NCBI GenBank assembly: GCA_951813565.1
Contig: OX638351.1
Span: 3,680,001-3,744,000 of the forward strand
DNA: 64,000 bases
Reading direction: 5' to 3'
From: an uncultured Poribacteria bacterium
GTDB lineage: Bacteria > Poribacteria > WGA-4E > WGA-3G
The notes beneath the pieces were generated by a model. That model saw nothing but the letters and a program-made list of their open reading frames with translations. It searched no databases and was not told the DNA's origin. The translations under genes were made by a program, and so were the position numbers. Of this stretch, positions 50,778-62,635 are shown piece by piece; positions within the stretch are counted from its first letter, which is position 1; every line of letters begins with the position of its first letter.

Positions 50778-53648
50778 CTACGCAAGATGTTCCTTCAAAA
50801 ATCTTCCAGTGAAAGACTTACGCACCTTCGCAATTTCCTCTGGCGTGCCTTGCGCTAAAACCTGTCCACCCTTATGTCCGCCTTCCGGACCAAGGTCAAT
50901 CACATAATCAGCAGTCTTAATCACGTCCAAATGATGTTCAATCACAATCACCGTATGACCAGAATCTACCAGTCGTCCGATACTATCCAAAAGTTTTTGA
51001 ATATCGGCAAGATGCAGCCCAGTCGTCGGTTCATCAAGGATATAAAGATTATGTTTCCCGCGCTTGATTTTGCTCAGTTCGTTAGCGAGTTTAATCCGTT
51101 GCGCTTCACCACCTGAAAGGATAGGCGCAGGATGCCCAATTTTGAGATAGCCGAGACCGAGTTCATTCATAACACCTAATTTATGGCAAATCAGACGTTG
51201 GTCAACAAAGAATTCAACCCCATCCTCAATTGACATCTCAAGGATTTCGGAGATATTCTTGTCGTTATAGGTAACTTCAAGCGTATCTTCATTGTAGCGT
51301 GCACCCTTACACGTTGGGCAAATCACTTCAACATCCGGCATAAAGTGTAGTTGCGTAGTGATTGTGCCTTCACCGTGGCATTCTTCGCATCGTCCACCTT
51401 TGACATTAAAGCTGAATCGTGAGGCTGTATAGCCACGTAATTCTGCTGCTGGTGTGCTTGCAAAAAGCTTGCGGATATTGTCGTAGAAACCGATGTAGGT
51501 CGCAGGGTTAGAACGTGGCGAACGTCCAATCGGGGATTGGTCAATGTTAATTACATCGCTGATGTTTTCGTGCCCTTCAAGTTCATCGTGCTCGCCATAG
51601 AGTGTGCGACTATCGTGGTAAATAGAATAGAGCCTTTTGTAGATAATCTCGTTGAGAAGCGTGCTTTTACCCGATCCAGATGCACCGGTAATACAGATAA
51701 ACGCACCTAACGGAATATTAACACTGATATTTTGCAGATTATTTTCTCTGGCGCCAGTAACGCTGAGAAATTTGCCGTTTAAGGCGCGGCGTTCAACAGG
51801 CATCGGAATCTCGCGCTTCCCGCTCATATACAGCCCCGTCAAGGAATCATCGCTTTTAATAATCTTTTCAAATGGACCTTGGATGACAACATGCCCACCA
51901 TGGACACCTGGACCAGGCCCCATCTCAATGATATGGTCTGCAGCGCGAATCGTGCCTTCATCGTGTTCAACGACAATTACTGTGTTGCCAATATCGCGCA
52001 GTTTACGTAGAGTCTCAATCATCTTCACATTGTCTTTCGGATGTAAGCCGATACTCGGTTCATCAAGCACATACAGCATGCCCATTAACCCCGATCCGAT
52101 TTGTGTTGAGAGACGGATACGTTGCGATTCACCGCCAGAAAGCGTCGCGGAACGCCGATTGAGATTTAGATAGTCAAGACCGATACCAAGTAGTAATTCA
52201 ATGCGGTTGACCAATTCTCTAATAACCCGTTCTCCCGCTTCGCGCTGTTTTTCAGGTAAGTCCGTAATTTCAGATAAGAAATCACGTAACTGTTCAAAAT
52301 GTAATTCGCCAACATCATGGATAGTCTTGTCATCAATAGTAACAAGGAGTCGTTGTCGCTTAAGTTTCATGCCGTGGCAATCGGGACAGGTGTGCTCAAC
52401 CATCACTTTTCGGAGGTAATCCTCCATACCTGAATGTGCCTCACCCTGCTTTCTATAACGCCTATAACGTCTGTCAATACGAGTGATAATTCCATCAAAT
52501 CGGACAGGCATACCGATGTGTCGTTCCTGCATCGGTTTTGCGTCTTCTGCCTGACAGAGCGGAAATTCCTCGCCGCGTGTGCCGTAAAACACAATATCTA
52601 CAATCTCGTCTGGAAGATCGGCAAAAGGCATATTCAGATCAATTTTATAGTGTTGTGCCAGACTATACATCATCCGACCATCCCATCTATCTGGTTCATA
52701 GTTGAAGGCTTGCTTTACAAACGCACCATCTGCAATGCTTCTTGTTTTGTCGGGGACGAGTAGATTGGGATGCACCTGTAGGTAAGTACCGAGACCGGAG
52801 CAAGTTACACAAGCACCAGTCGGTTCATTAAAGGTAAAATGATGTGGTCCCAATTGACACATCAATACGCCGTGTTCAGCACAGCCAAAATCTTTCAGCA
52901 GTTCATCAACGTTTGTATCTTCGCCATCAGGCAGTTGCACATGAAAACGCATAAAACCTTCACCGACCAACATAGCATGCTCAAGCGCAGCTAAAACCTG
53001 TTTATCAACGTCTTTTTTGATAAAAAATTTGTCAACGATAACCTGAATATCGTATACCTTATCTTGGTCTAATTCGATTTCTTCACTAATGTCGTGTTCA
53101 ACACCGTCAATACGAACATGTCGGCAACCTTTAGTCCTTATATCGTCAAAGAGGTATTCATAATCTTCGCCATAAATTTTGAAGACAGGCGCATGAATCT
53201 CTACTTCGGTGTCGTCTGGAAATGAAAGGAGTCGTTCCAAAATTTGATAGTGCGATCGGATCGGGATTTCTTTTTCACAATAAGGGCAATGTGATACACC
53301 GATAGTCGCGAAAAGCATTCGCAGGTAGTCTTGCAAATCGGTCATTGTTCCCACGGTAGAACGCGGGTTCGCTGTGATTGTTTTTTGCTCAATAGAAACA
53401 ACAGGCGACAACCCGTCAATAAAATCAACGTCCGGTTTTTTCAGCTGCGTGATAAACCGTTTGGCGTAAGTAGACATTGATTCAAGGAATCGGCGTTGCC
53501 CCTCAGCATACACAGTGTCAAATGCTAATGAGGATTTACCTGATCCGCTAATACCTGTAACAACAACGAGTTGATCGCGTGGGATCTCTAATTCTATATT
53601 TTGCAGGTTATTTTCTCGCGCGCCTTTAACTGAGACCGTTTGCCTCAT
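50778..53648 (-). CDS. uvrA: Excinuclease ABC subunit A
   Basis: Two ABC cassettes ([23 protein letters not shown]), zinc fingers, YAEGQRR. Confidence 0.96.
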   Translation of the reverse strand: MRQTVSVKGARENNLQNIELEIPRDQLVVVTGISGSGKSSLAFDTVYAEGQRRFLESMSTYAKRFITQLKKPDVDFIDGLSPVVSIEQKTITANPRSTVGTMTDLQDYLRMLFATIGVSHCPYCEKEIPIRSHYQILERLLSFPDDTEVEIHAPVFKIYGEDYEYLFDDIRTKGCRHVRIDGVEHDISEEIELDQDKVYDIQVIVDKFFIKKDVDKQVLAALEHAMLVGEGFMRFHVQLPDGEDTNVDELLKDFGCAEHGVLMCQLGPHHFTFNEPTGACVTCSGLGTYLQVHPNLLVPDKTRSIADGAFVKQAFNYEPDRWDGRMMYSLAQHYKIDLNMPFADLPDEIVDIVFYGTRGEEFPLCQAEDAKPMQERHIGMPVRFDGIITRIDRRYRRYRKQGEAHSGMEDYLRKVMVEHTCPDCHGMKLKRQRLLVTIDDKTIHDVGELHFEQLRDFLSEITDLPEKQREAGERVIRELVNRIELLLGIGLDYLNLNRRSATLSGGESQRIRLSTQIGSGLMGMLYVLDEPSIGLHPKDNVKMIETLRKLRDIGNTVIVVEHDEGTIRAADHIIEMGPGPGVHGGHVVIQGPFEKIIKSDDSLTGLYMSGKREIPMPVERRALNGKFLSVTGARENNLQNISVNIPLGAFICITGASGSGKSTLLNEIIYKRLYSIYHDSRTLYGEHDELEGHENISDVINIDQSPIGRSPRSNPATYIGFYDNIRKLFASTPAAELRGYTASRFSFNVKGGRCEECHGEGTITTQLHFMPDVEVICPTCKGARYNEDTLEVTYNDKNISEILEMSIEDGVEFFVDQRLICHKLGVMNELGLGYLKIGHPAPILSGGEAQRIKLANELSKIKRGKHNLYILDEPTTGLHLADIQKLLDSIGRLVDSGHTVIVIEHHLDVIKTADYVIDLGPEGGHKGGQVLAQGTPEEIAKVRKSFTGRFLKEHLA

Positions 53649-53911
53649 GTGTTTCCTCCTTGCTTACCAATAAATTCAAATAGATAAAAAATTAGTACGG
53701 GTGAATGGTCTTTTTATATGCAGTTATTGAAATGGGAATTATCTGATTTATTCCATGCAAAATTACGATAAAATAACTCGTATAGTTACGTGGGAGTTTG
53801 TAAAAAATCAATGCTAAATGTGCACTTAAAAGTAGTAGGCACGCTCCGCGTGCCGTAAACTAGTTCAACAATGCGTAATAAATTATGCTAATGCTCTCAA
53901 CCAACGATCTT

Positions 53912-54153
53912 TCATCTGCGACCTTCGTTTTTCCATTCCATTATCTCTTCAACCGTGCCAACAGGATGTTCGGCTATCAATTCAATTAATCTTGAGTATG
54001 CTTCCTCTGCATCTTTTTTCGCAATATCAGAGGGCGGCATCATGACCGCGACCACTTTCCCTTTATTCGTAATTGAAAAACTTTCACCATTTTCAACCCG
54101 CTTTAGAAGACTTAATAAATGGGTCATTGCTTCATTAACGCCTATTCAGTCAT
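53912..54153 (-). pseudogene. Phd/YefM-family antitoxin with a 1-bp deletion after codon 3; no intact toxin downstream
   Basis: AAGGAG-ATG ACT GAA TAG; adding one A gives MTEIGVNEAMTHLLSLLKRVENGESFSIT.KGK.VA. Confidence 0.7.
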
Positions 54154-54184
54154 TTTATACTCCTTATTTTAACAGATATGGAAA

Positions 54185-56470
54185 TTATTCAACATCCAAC
54201 TCTCGTATTATAGATGTTAGATCCCATAAAAGCATTGTATCATCAAAGCCAAAACTGGCAAGTGTTTTCCCATCATCACTAAAAGATAAACCTGTAATTT
54301 TTCTTGAATGTCCAGGAAGTGTTTTTATACTTTCTCCAGTACGTAAATCCCATAGGTTTATAATGTCACTATCGGATCTCGAATTCATCCTGGCGACTTC
54401 AGTTGCCAATGGTAAACCGTTAGGGTAAAACATAACATACCAGAAAATATGTTCATCGCCAGAAATTGATTGTATTTGTTGTCCGTTATCTATATTCCAT
54501 AAACGGACAGTTCCGTCTTTTCCCGTACTTGCTATTGAACGTCCATCAGGACTAAAGTTTATACTGGTAATAGCATCTGCATGACCATCTAATGTCAGTA
54601 CCTTTTTCCATGTAGAAACATCCCATAGATGGATAATTCCCTTCTTATCACCGGTGGCAAGTCTACTACTATCTGAATTAAACATTAAGACCATTATCGA
54701 ATCAGAATGTGTTTCGCGCTGGGATTCTACCCCCTGATCCGTGAGAGTCTTCTTAAGTTTTCCTGTACTTATATCCCATATTAAGATCGTTCCGTCTTGC
54801 CCTCCACTGATAAGTGTCTCTCCATCAGGACTAAATGCCACACTTTCTATTAGATTATTATGACCTGTTAGCGTCTGTGTGTGTCTACCGGTAGCAACAT
54901 TCCACAGACAAATTCCCTTATCTTCGCGTGAAAAACTCCAACTTGCGAGTAGACTACCATCCATACTAAACACAACTCGGTTAATCCGTCCTTTATAGCC
55001 TTTTATTGTTCGCTTGTGTTCACCTGTAATGGCATTCCAAAACCGAATTAACCCATCCTTACTTGCATTCCAACTCGCTATTGTTTCTCCATCTGGACTA
55101 AGCAGAACATCATTTGGCCATGTGCCATTAGAGCTATTCGTCTTCCCCATAAGTGTATGCAACCGTTTCGTAGCGGTATCCAACAGAGATATAGCTCCGT
55201 CAGCTTCTGAAATGATTGCTTTCTCTCCATTAGGAGTGAAAGCAATATAATAGGTATCATACTGTATATGATGAGAATTATCTCTTGGATTAAAATTTGA
55301 AATAGTTCTCTTAAGTTTCCCTGTCGCAATATCCCATATACGAATTTCCCCTGGATAATCTACAGTTGCCAGAGTCTTTCCATCAGGACTATAAGATGCA
55401 TTCGTAAGGTAACCGGTATATCCCGTGAAACGTCTACGTTTACCTGTTGCTATATCCCACATTCGAATTTCGTAACCGTTAACCAAACTAAGAATCGATT
55501 TTCCATCTGGACTAAACAGAATATTTTCTACTCCTCTTACATAACCTGTCTCCTTGCTGTCTTCATTTTTTTCGGAAAAAGTCTGTTTAAGTTTACCAGT
55601 CGTTGTGTCCCACAAGTGTATCGTTCTGGATTCACCAGTAGTAACGAGTATACTTTTATCAGGACTGAAAAACGTCCTTTTTATCTTTTCATTTTGAAAA
55701 TTCTTATCGGAAATAACACCTTGAATTGCAAATGGTAGTTTTAGTTCCCTTGAGACAATATCCCAAAAATTAATCGTCATATCACTGCTTCCGCTAATTA
55801 GTGTGCTTCCATCCGGACTGAATGATAAGAAAGTAATATTATCCTGGTGACCTGTTAGCGTTCGTATGTGCTTCCCTGTTTTAACATCCCACAAACGGAC
55901 TGTCTGATCCTTACTCCCACTTGCAATGATCTTGCTATCTGGACTATAAGACAAACAGCCAATATAGTCTTCATGTCCTTTGAGTATGTGTTTGGAAGTG
56001 TTTGTCTTAGAATCCCGTATATGAATTTCCTTGAAACTTATAGTTGCAAAAGTGTTTCCGTCTGAACTGGATGGCCCATAGCGTGGAAAATCATGCTTCT
56101 TTTTTGACGATTTTTCTATTTCCGGTAAAGTAACATCCCAACGCGTGATTTTATGGCTGAACCTTTCCATACCTATAAGAACTGTCCCATCACCATTAAA
56201 ATACACTTTCTCCATTTCCTGATGACTTCGAGTAAACAGTTTCCGTTCCTGATATGTTTCAGTATCATATAACCAAATACCAATAGTAGTAGCAACTGCC
56301 AGTATTGTTCCATCAGGTGAATATTCCATATCATTGATCCGTCCCTTTCCAAGACGGGCGATTGCACCATCAGGTAACTCCCATTGTGTGTACCCTTGAG
56401 CATATATATTGAGTATGCCGATTTGAAGAAGGTGTAACAAGCTAATTATAGATAGTACTGTTTTTATCAT
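54185..56470 (-). CDS. Secreted WD40-repeat protein
   Basis: Signal peptide, WELPDGAIARLGKG, many GH...FSPDG...WD repeats. Confidence 0.92.
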   Translation of the reverse strand: MIKTVLSIISLLHLLQIGILNIYAQGYTQWELPDGAIARLGKGRINDMEYSPDGTILAVATTIGIWLYDTETYQERKLFTRSHQEMEKVYFNGDGTVLIGMERFSHKITRWDVTLPEIEKSSKKKHDFPRYGPSSSDGNTFATISFKEIHIRDSKTNTSKHILKGHEDYIGCLSYSPDSKIIASGSKDQTVRLWDVKTGKHIRTLTGHQDNITFLSFSPDGSTLISGSSDMTINFWDIVSRELKLPFAIQGVISDKNFQNEKIKRTFFSPDKSILVTTGESRTIHLWDTTTGKLKQTFSEKNEDSKETGYVRGVENILFSPDGKSILSLVNGYEIRMWDIATGKRRRFTGYTGYLTNASYSPDGKTLATVDYPGEIRIWDIATGKLKRTISNFNPRDNSHHIQYDTYYIAFTPNGEKAIISEADGAISLLDTATKRLHTLMGKTNSSNGTWPNDVLLSPDGETIASWNASKDGLIRFWNAITGEHKRTIKGYKGRINRVVFSMDGSLLASWSFSREDKGICLWNVATGRHTQTLTGHNNLIESVAFSPDGETLISGGQDGTILIWDISTGKLKKTLTDQGVESQRETHSDSIMVLMFNSDSSRLATGDKKGIIHLWDVSTWKKVLTLDGHADAITSINFSPDGRSIASTGKDGTVRLWNIDNGQQIQSISGDEHIFWYVMFYPNGLPLATEVARMNSRSDSDIINLWDLRTGESIKTLPGHSRKITGLSFSDDGKTLASFGFDDTMLLWDLTSIIRELDVE

Positions 56471-56529
56471 TTGTAAAACCTCCCATTACATTCTCTTCAT
56501 AACGATATGTTCCGACTATGTTATTTTAG

Positions 56530-56650
56530 CAGGACTTACGCAAAAATGAAATAGACGGTAAAATTGCACACATACCGCCAAAGAACGCACAATGAATTGT
56601 GCTACTACAAACGCTGTAACGCTTGAAAACCTGTAAATGCGTAAGTCATG
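56530..56650. mobile_element. MITE with CAGGACTTACGCA termini and TTTAG duplication, carrying a REP
   Basis: tttag|caggacttacgca...tgcgtaagtcatg|tttag. Confidence 0.78.
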
Positions 56651-56651
56651 T

Positions 56652-58769
56652 TTAGTTTCCCAACTCCGTGTTCTCGTCATTGTTCGTCTGAGATAACACT
56701 GTCAAATCCCATAAGAGTGTTGTGCCATCATTACCAGAACTCACAAGCGTTTGTCCATCTGAACTGAATTTTAGGTAAGTAACATGACCAACATGCCCCG
56801 TAAAAGTCTTAATTCGTTTCCCTGTAGTAACATCCCATACATTGATCACACCATCAACACGTCCGCCTACAAGGATAGTACCATCAGGACTAAACGACAA
56901 CTGAACGATCTGCCTTATGGCGTCTTTACTATGTCCACCGATTATATATTGATTGTTAAGGATACTTATTTCTTCTCCAGTATCAACATTCCACAAATAG
57001 ATACTTCCATCTATATCTGCCTTCACCAACATTTTATATTCTGAATTTAAAGCTAAAAAACTAAACATACTTGGTTTTTCAGGAATTATCTTTTTCTGTT
57101 TGCTTGTAGTAACATCCCACACAACAATTTCTGAATCAGTACAATATGCAAGTATACTCCCATCAGAACTGATTGGTAGATTAGCAGGAAAATGAATTGT
57201 GTATATAACCTGTTTGGATAATGTTATATGTGATCCTGTCTCTAAATCCCACAGATAAAGGGAGTATGGTTGATCTTTATTATTCTTTCTTGAAAGTGCG
57301 AAATTACCATCTGGACTGAACCCTATATCCTGACTATATACACCTACTCTAAAACTAAACTTCTGTCTACCCTTTATAACATCCCATAGACGAACCATCT
57401 TGTCATTCCCATAACTAATAAGTGTTTCATCATCTTTGAACATAACATGTGAAACTTGATCAGTATGTCCTCTTAACGTCTTTTTATGTTCCCCTGTGGT
57501 AACTGTCCATAGCCGAATAGTCTTATCCATACTCCCACTTGCCAGAGTCTTTCCATCTGAACTGAAGGATAGACTAATCACCCGCTTCTTATGACCGGTA
57601 AGTACAGTCTGTGCTTCTTGTGTGTTTACATCATAGATAATTATGTGATTGTTTCCATAAGTCGTTGCAGCTGTAATTTTATCTTTACTAAACACTATAT
57701 TCTTTGAAGCAAATCCACCACCATGTCCAACAATAGTCCTCTTATGTTTCCCTTTGTTTAGATTCCACTGATGGATAATTCCATACAAACTTGCGCTTGC
57801 TAAAGTTTCTCCGTTTGGACTGAAGGAGATTCTATGTAGATATTTAGAATTTGTCTTGAAAGTATGCTTCCGTCTTCCCGTGGCAACATGCCATACACGT
57901 ACTGTTTTGTCTTCACTTGTGCTTGCAATGCTACTCCCATCATGACTGAAAGTTAAACTCAAGATAGGTTTCCTGTGTCCTTTTAGGGTCTTATGTAATG
58001 TTTCTGTTTCAGCATTCCACAGACGCACCGTCTTATCCCTACTTCCAGAGGCAATCATTGTCCCATCAGGACTGAATGAGACACATGTGATACTCTCCTT
58101 ATGTGCATCATTTATTTTCTTTTGCGTTTTAGTTCCTAAATCCCTGAATTGGATTGTCTTGTAATTTCCATTAACCACCGATATCCGATCTGAGTGGAAT
58201 GTGATATCAGATAGGCTTTCTAAATGCGTATTCAATAAAGACACATTCAAATCCCTTATATACACACTTTTTTCTTTATCCCAAATATGCAAACCATGAT
58301 TACTCCAACAAGCTAATGTCGTACCATCAGGATTAAAATATAATCCGATAATATCATACCTATGTCCCATAAATGTATGCATGAGTTTACGGGTTTCAAC
58401 ATTCCATAGTCGAACCAATTTATTTCCACATGCAGCCGCAAGTGTTTTTCCGTCATGACTGAAGCTAACAGAATTCGTGCCTTCTCTGTTCTTTGTAAGG
58501 AGTGCGAGTTCATTACCACTATTCGAATCATAAAGCCAAGTTCCTGTTGAACTGGCAACAGCGAGTATAGTACTGTCTGGAGAATACGCCAAGTCTTTTA
58601 CAGTCCCCTTACCGATACGTGCTTTCACACCTTCCGGTAAATGCCATTGTGGAGTATTTAATTGTGCCGTATTCACATTAAGTAGATCCGGTGGTGAAGG
58701 ATAACGAAATAGCCAAATAGTTACAACTATGACGATAACCAAAAATATGATAACTAATGCATTTTTCAT
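56652..58769 (-). CDS. Membrane-anchored WD40-repeat protein
   Basis: N-terminal TM, WHLPEGVKARIGKG, multiple WD40 repeats. Confidence 0.92.
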   Translation of the reverse strand: MKNALVIIFLVIVIVVTIWLFRYPSPPDLLNVNTAQLNTPQWHLPEGVKARIGKGTVKDLAYSPDSTILAVASSTGTWLYDSNSGNELALLTKNREGTNSVSFSHDGKTLAAACGNKLVRLWNVETRKLMHTFMGHRYDIIGLYFNPDGTTLACWSNHGLHIWDKEKSVYIRDLNVSLLNTHLESLSDITFHSDRISVVNGNYKTIQFRDLGTKTQKKINDAHKESITCVSFSPDGTMIASGSRDKTVRLWNAETETLHKTLKGHRKPILSLTFSHDGSSIASTSEDKTVRVWHVATGRRKHTFKTNSKYLHRISFSPNGETLASASLYGIIHQWNLNKGKHKRTIVGHGGGFASKNIVFSKDKITAATTYGNNHIIIYDVNTQEAQTVLTGHKKRVISLSFSSDGKTLASGSMDKTIRLWTVTTGEHKKTLRGHTDQVSHVMFKDDETLISYGNDKMVRLWDVIKGRQKFSFRVGVYSQDIGFSPDGNFALSRKNNKDQPYSLYLWDLETGSHITLSKQVIYTIHFPANLPISSDGSILAYCTDSEIVVWDVTTSKQKKIIPEKPSMFSFLALNSEYKMLVKADIDGSIYLWNVDTGEEISILNNQYIIGGHSKDAIRQIVQLSFSPDGTILVGGRVDGVINVWDVTTGKRIKTFTGHVGHVTYLKFSSDGQTLVSSGNDGTTLLWDLTVLSQTNNDENTELGN

Positions 58770-58816
58770 CTCATTACATCCTTTACAAACCATACTTCTT
58801 AGTTCAATTATCTTGA

Positions 58817-59050
58817 TTATAGCAATATTTCTATCTTGTGTCTAACCCAATACTTAGTAACCGTTTTGTTGGCTGATTGTGGAATATCCCAAAGTAATAT
58901 TGTACCATCCCAACTTGCGCTTGCGATAGTTTGTCCATCTGGACTCAACAAGACATCGATCCCATAGATATATGTCCATTAAATATCTTCTTGAGTTTTC
59001 CAGAGTAAACATCCCATAATTGGACTGTGTCATCAGAACTCACACTCCAA
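58817..59050 (-). pseudogene. 3' remnant of a third WD40 gene, frameshifted
   Basis: SSDDTVQLWDVYSGKLKKIFNGH then, in a shifted frame, SPDGQTIASASWDGTILLWDI. Confidence 0.75.
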
Positions 59051-59425
59051 AGAAGTCTCACAATCGCTACTACGACTGCAAATGCGGTTTCAAATACCAT
59101 AGAGACGGTATTGGGCGATGAACATACGCAAAAAGTATCTGGGACATCTCGGTGTCCCCGTAGTGGCGGACATAACACCGCCCGTCGGATTTCGTTTAGA
59201 AACACGATGTGGCACTGCTTGAGCAGGGAATGATCCCACGAGGAACAAAAGAATCACTAGTGGAGTGTCTACCGAAATTTTGCGGGTAAAGGTCGCGATT
59301 CGGAGATCGCTCCTACAGAACACCCCTCTTTGTAGGAGGGAACTCCGATTCCCGACTACTGACACGAATCGCAATTTTAGTGTAGACAGAACACTAGCGC
59401 TTTAGTACGGTGAGTATGTCAATAC

Positions 59426-61300
59426 TTACAAAAAAGGATTTTCAATATCGTAATAATATGCAGGCTCTTCCACCGAAACTTTACTGTCCTTAGTTAGTCG
59501 GATAGGGGAAGAAAATTGCTCCAGAATCTCCTTATGCACCAGCCATTCACACGCCATATTAATCCACAATCTACGACTACCGAAATGATCATGGATATCA
59601 GATAACGAACACTCACCTCCCGACTCCTCTAAAAAATCGAGTAACGGCTTAAAAAAAGTCTGCACATTATCTTCTAAGTATGTGTCAATCTCTTGTAACA
59701 CCTTGCCAAGGTTTTCCTCATTTTTCTGTATATTGATAATATCGGTGAAAATCGCATTAAAAAACTTCGGATTGTGCTTGATCGCTTGATAGATGACCTT
59801 CCGTTTTGGGGTTTCATCATGCATGATGGTTTCAATACCAGCTAATTGCTTGACTGCAAACATTAAATAGTAAAATGTATAATCGTAATCCTTTTTGACA
59901 TAGTACCACTTTTCTGTTTTGGCAAGTATCGTAGTTACAAAACTCGCTGTGTTAAATAACTGTGATTGTTTATCCCGTTCACCAATAATATCCAAGTCCT
60001 TATGCAAATCAGCAAGCGTTGGGTCTTTAGAATGGAGAATTTCACTTTGAGCAAGAATAGAATGGATATTACTACCCTGCAAGTTCCTTTCCAACATTTT
60101 TTTATAAGCATTTCGAGTATGAAGTCTAACCCGAATCGGCACCCCTTCCTCGATTAATTGACACTCTCTTTGATGAAACTTCGTCCCGTCTCTCATAATA
60201 AGCGTAATATGGACATTTGTCTTCTCCCACACGTTGTCTTCAGCCAAATTACTTGTGAGAATAGCAGCAACGATGTACCGATCCTCGGCAATAGTATCTG
60301 TAAACTTTTCTACTGCATTTTCAATATCGGGATGAATATCAGATTTGAGACGAGGTGGATGCAATTCTGGTTCGGTATCATCGCAGTAATAAGCGGGTTC
60401 TTCCAATGCTATTTGGCTTTTCGCGGTAAGTTTCATCGGGGCAGATACCTGCTTGATAATACCTTTCCATGTCAACCATTGGCATATCACATCAACAGAC
60501 GCATCGCGGAATTTAGAATGGAAATAGGCATTCATCTCTGAGTTTGTCCGAGGCCCTTTTTGTTCTGCGAAGTAATCAAGAATCGGTTGGAAAATAAACA
60601 GACGTTCGTCAATGTAGGCATTGATTGCATCAAGTGCCTCTTGAATAACTGCTTCGCTCTTTTCGCAATTTATCAGATCAGTATAAACATACTTGAAGAA
60701 ATCCGGATTGTAGTTGAGGGCTGGTTGGATGACTTCTCGCGCAGGAATCTCGTTGTTCAATAGTACCTCTATTCGTGCTAATCCTTCTACAACAGACAGA
60801 AGCGATAAGAAAGAGGTTATTATATCATTATTAACGTAAAACTGCTTTTCGGCATAGATAAGTGTTGGCAGGGTCTCGGCAATAACGTTCAACACTTGAA
60901 GCTGCTTATCACGTTCACCGATACTATCACGACTCGCGTTCTTATCATACCATTCCTTGATAGAATCATCTCGTGAAAAGAGAAGCGTGCTGTGAGAAAA
61001 ATAGGAATGCATGAACGAGCCCTGTTGAGCACTCTCTATATTTCGTTTAAAGGAGCTACGCGGTGACAAACCCGCATGTATGTTCACACCATTTTCAACA
61101 AGCGAGAAGAACGATTGTGTCGGACGAATGTCGTCTTTTCCTATGATTTCAACGTCCAAATCCGATTTCTCCCATACCTGTGCATAAGAAAAACTTCCGG
61201 CAACTATCGCTGCGAGGATGTACGGATCTTCCTGTACCTTTTCAACAAGTGAATCTACTGCTTCATAATACTGTTGTTCGACAGCATCTTGGGATTTCAT
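59426..61300 (-). CDS. Internally duplicated nucleotidyltransferase-like (YgxA-like) protein
   Basis: Two ~300-aa homologous halves (VWEKS/T, IGERDKQ, EEPAYY); GS...SDLD only in the first half. Confidence 0.75.
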   Translation of the reverse strand: MKSQDAVEQQYYEAVDSLVEKVQEDPYILAAIVAGSFSYAQVWEKSDLDVEIIGKDDIRPTQSFFSLVENGVNIHAGLSPRSSFKRNIESAQQGSFMHSYFSHSTLLFSRDDSIKEWYDKNASRDSIGERDKQLQVLNVIAETLPTLIYAEKQFYVNNDIITSFLSLLSVVEGLARIEVLLNNEIPAREVIQPALNYNPDFFKYVYTDLINCEKSEAVIQEALDAINAYIDERLFIFQPILDYFAEQKGPRTNSEMNAYFHSKFRDASVDVICQWLTWKGIIKQVSAPMKLTAKSQIALEEPAYYCDDTEPELHPPRLKSDIHPDIENAVEKFTDTIAEDRYIVAAILTSNLAEDNVWEKTNVHITLIMRDGTKFHQRECQLIEEGVPIRVRLHTRNAYKKMLERNLQGSNIHSILAQSEILHSKDPTLADLHKDLDIIGERDKQSQLFNTASFVTTILAKTEKWYYVKKDYDYTFYYLMFAVKQLAGIETIMHDETPKRKVIYQAIKHNPKFFNAIFTDIINIQKNEENLGKVLQEIDTYLEDNVQTFFKPLLDFLEESGGECSLSDIHDHFGSRRLWINMACEWLVHKEILEQFSSPIRLTKDSKVSVEEPAYYYDIENPFL

Positions 61301-61483
61301 GATTCGTTCTCCTATTCCTATTCAACATCTTATGTGTCAGCGAGTATAGAAATCAATAGACATTATTGTGAGTTAAGGCGTTTGTAGTAGCGCAATTCAT
61401 TGCGCCTCTTCAAACTCAACAACGGCACGCGGAGCTTGCCTACTACTTTTAAGGTATATTTGACATTGAATTATTTACACACC

Positions 61484-62635
61484 TCAGATAATTGTATGCT
61501 TCTGCCGATATACCTTACCTCCTTTAATAACAACGATAGGTTCAAGTTTTTGTCTACAGGTTTTAGCCTTACCACTTGCATCAACCAATTGGAATTCACC
61601 CTCGCGCATCTCAAATACAACGGCATCTCCCCAAGCACCTGCTGCTAACGTTCCAACCTGTCCCGGCATTAAAATAGTGTCTGCAGGTACACTGGTCACT
61701 TTCGCCAATGCATCGTCAAGCGACATGCCGAGGTAAAGGAATTTATTTACGACATTGACCAGATCGTATACCGGACCGTTGATATTATAAACATGCAAGT
61801 CTGATGAGATAGTTGTAGGTTCAACACCTTGTTCCATCGCTTTTTCAACTACATCCCAACTGAAAGAACCGGCACCGTGCCCAACGTCAAAGATAACACC
61901 GCGTTCAATCGCAGCGTGTACGGAATCTCGAATTTTACCATTTTCACCTAAAATACCGCATGCCATATCGTGGAAGCAGTGCGTAAGTATGTCCCGCTTA
62001 CCCATCACTGCCAGTATATCATCTATAGACTGACACCAAGCATCTTGTGGGTGAACCATCATCGGAAGTCCAGCAGCGTCTGCAGCCTCGCGCGCTTTGT
62101 GCAGCGGTTGCATGCCAGCGCGTTCTCCAACAATTGATTCGCGTGTCAATCGCACCTTAACTCCTAAGATTATATCACGGTGCTGTTCTATCATTCGGCA
62201 TGCTTTGTCAACATCCGCATAGTCTGGATTTTCTAATTCGCCAATTTCCCGTGTCAGCATACCTTGTGAAGAGATGTTCAATTGCGCCAAGATTCGAGTG
62301 TCGCTTACATCTATAACGTATTTACGAAAGCCAGGAAACGTGTCTGCCCCTGCCGACCCAGCATCAACAACCGTCGTCGCGCCCCGTGCTAAACAAGTGG
62401 GATCGGGTTCAATACCGAAATGGCTGACACCGTGAAAGACATGAACATGCAAATCAATTAAACCCGGCGTGACATAACACCCATCTGCGTTCACAACATC
62501 TCGTGCCTCCGATGAGGGGATGTCATCACTGACGGTTGAAACGCAACCATCTGTAAATGCTACATCTTTTGGAGCATGGATACCTTGTGTTGGATCAATT
62601 AAAGTTCCACTTTTGATAATCAGATCATAATTCAT
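61484..62635 (-). CDS. Dihydroorotase-like amidohydrolase/deacetylase metallohydrolase
   Basis: PGLIDLHVH, VDAGSAG, GVKVR, THCF, DVGHGAGSF, ISSDLH. Confidence 0.9.
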   Translation of the reverse strand: MNYDLIIKSGTLIDPTQGIHAPKDVAFTDGCVSTVSDDIPSSEARDVVNADGCYVTPGLIDLHVHVFHGVSHFGIEPDPTCLARGATTVVDAGSAGADTFPGFRKYVIDVSDTRILAQLNISSQGMLTREIGELENPDYADVDKACRMIEQHRDIILGVKVRLTRESIVGERAGMQPLHKAREAADAAGLPMMVHPQDAWCQSIDDILAVMGKRDILTHCFHDMACGILGENGKIRDSVHAAIERGVIFDVGHGAGSFSWDVVEKAMEQGVEPTTISSDLHVYNINGPVYDLVNVVNKFLYLGMSLDDALAKVTSVPADTILMPGQVGTLAAGAWGDAVVFEMREGEFQLVDASGKAKTCRQKLEPIVVIKGGKVYRQKHTII

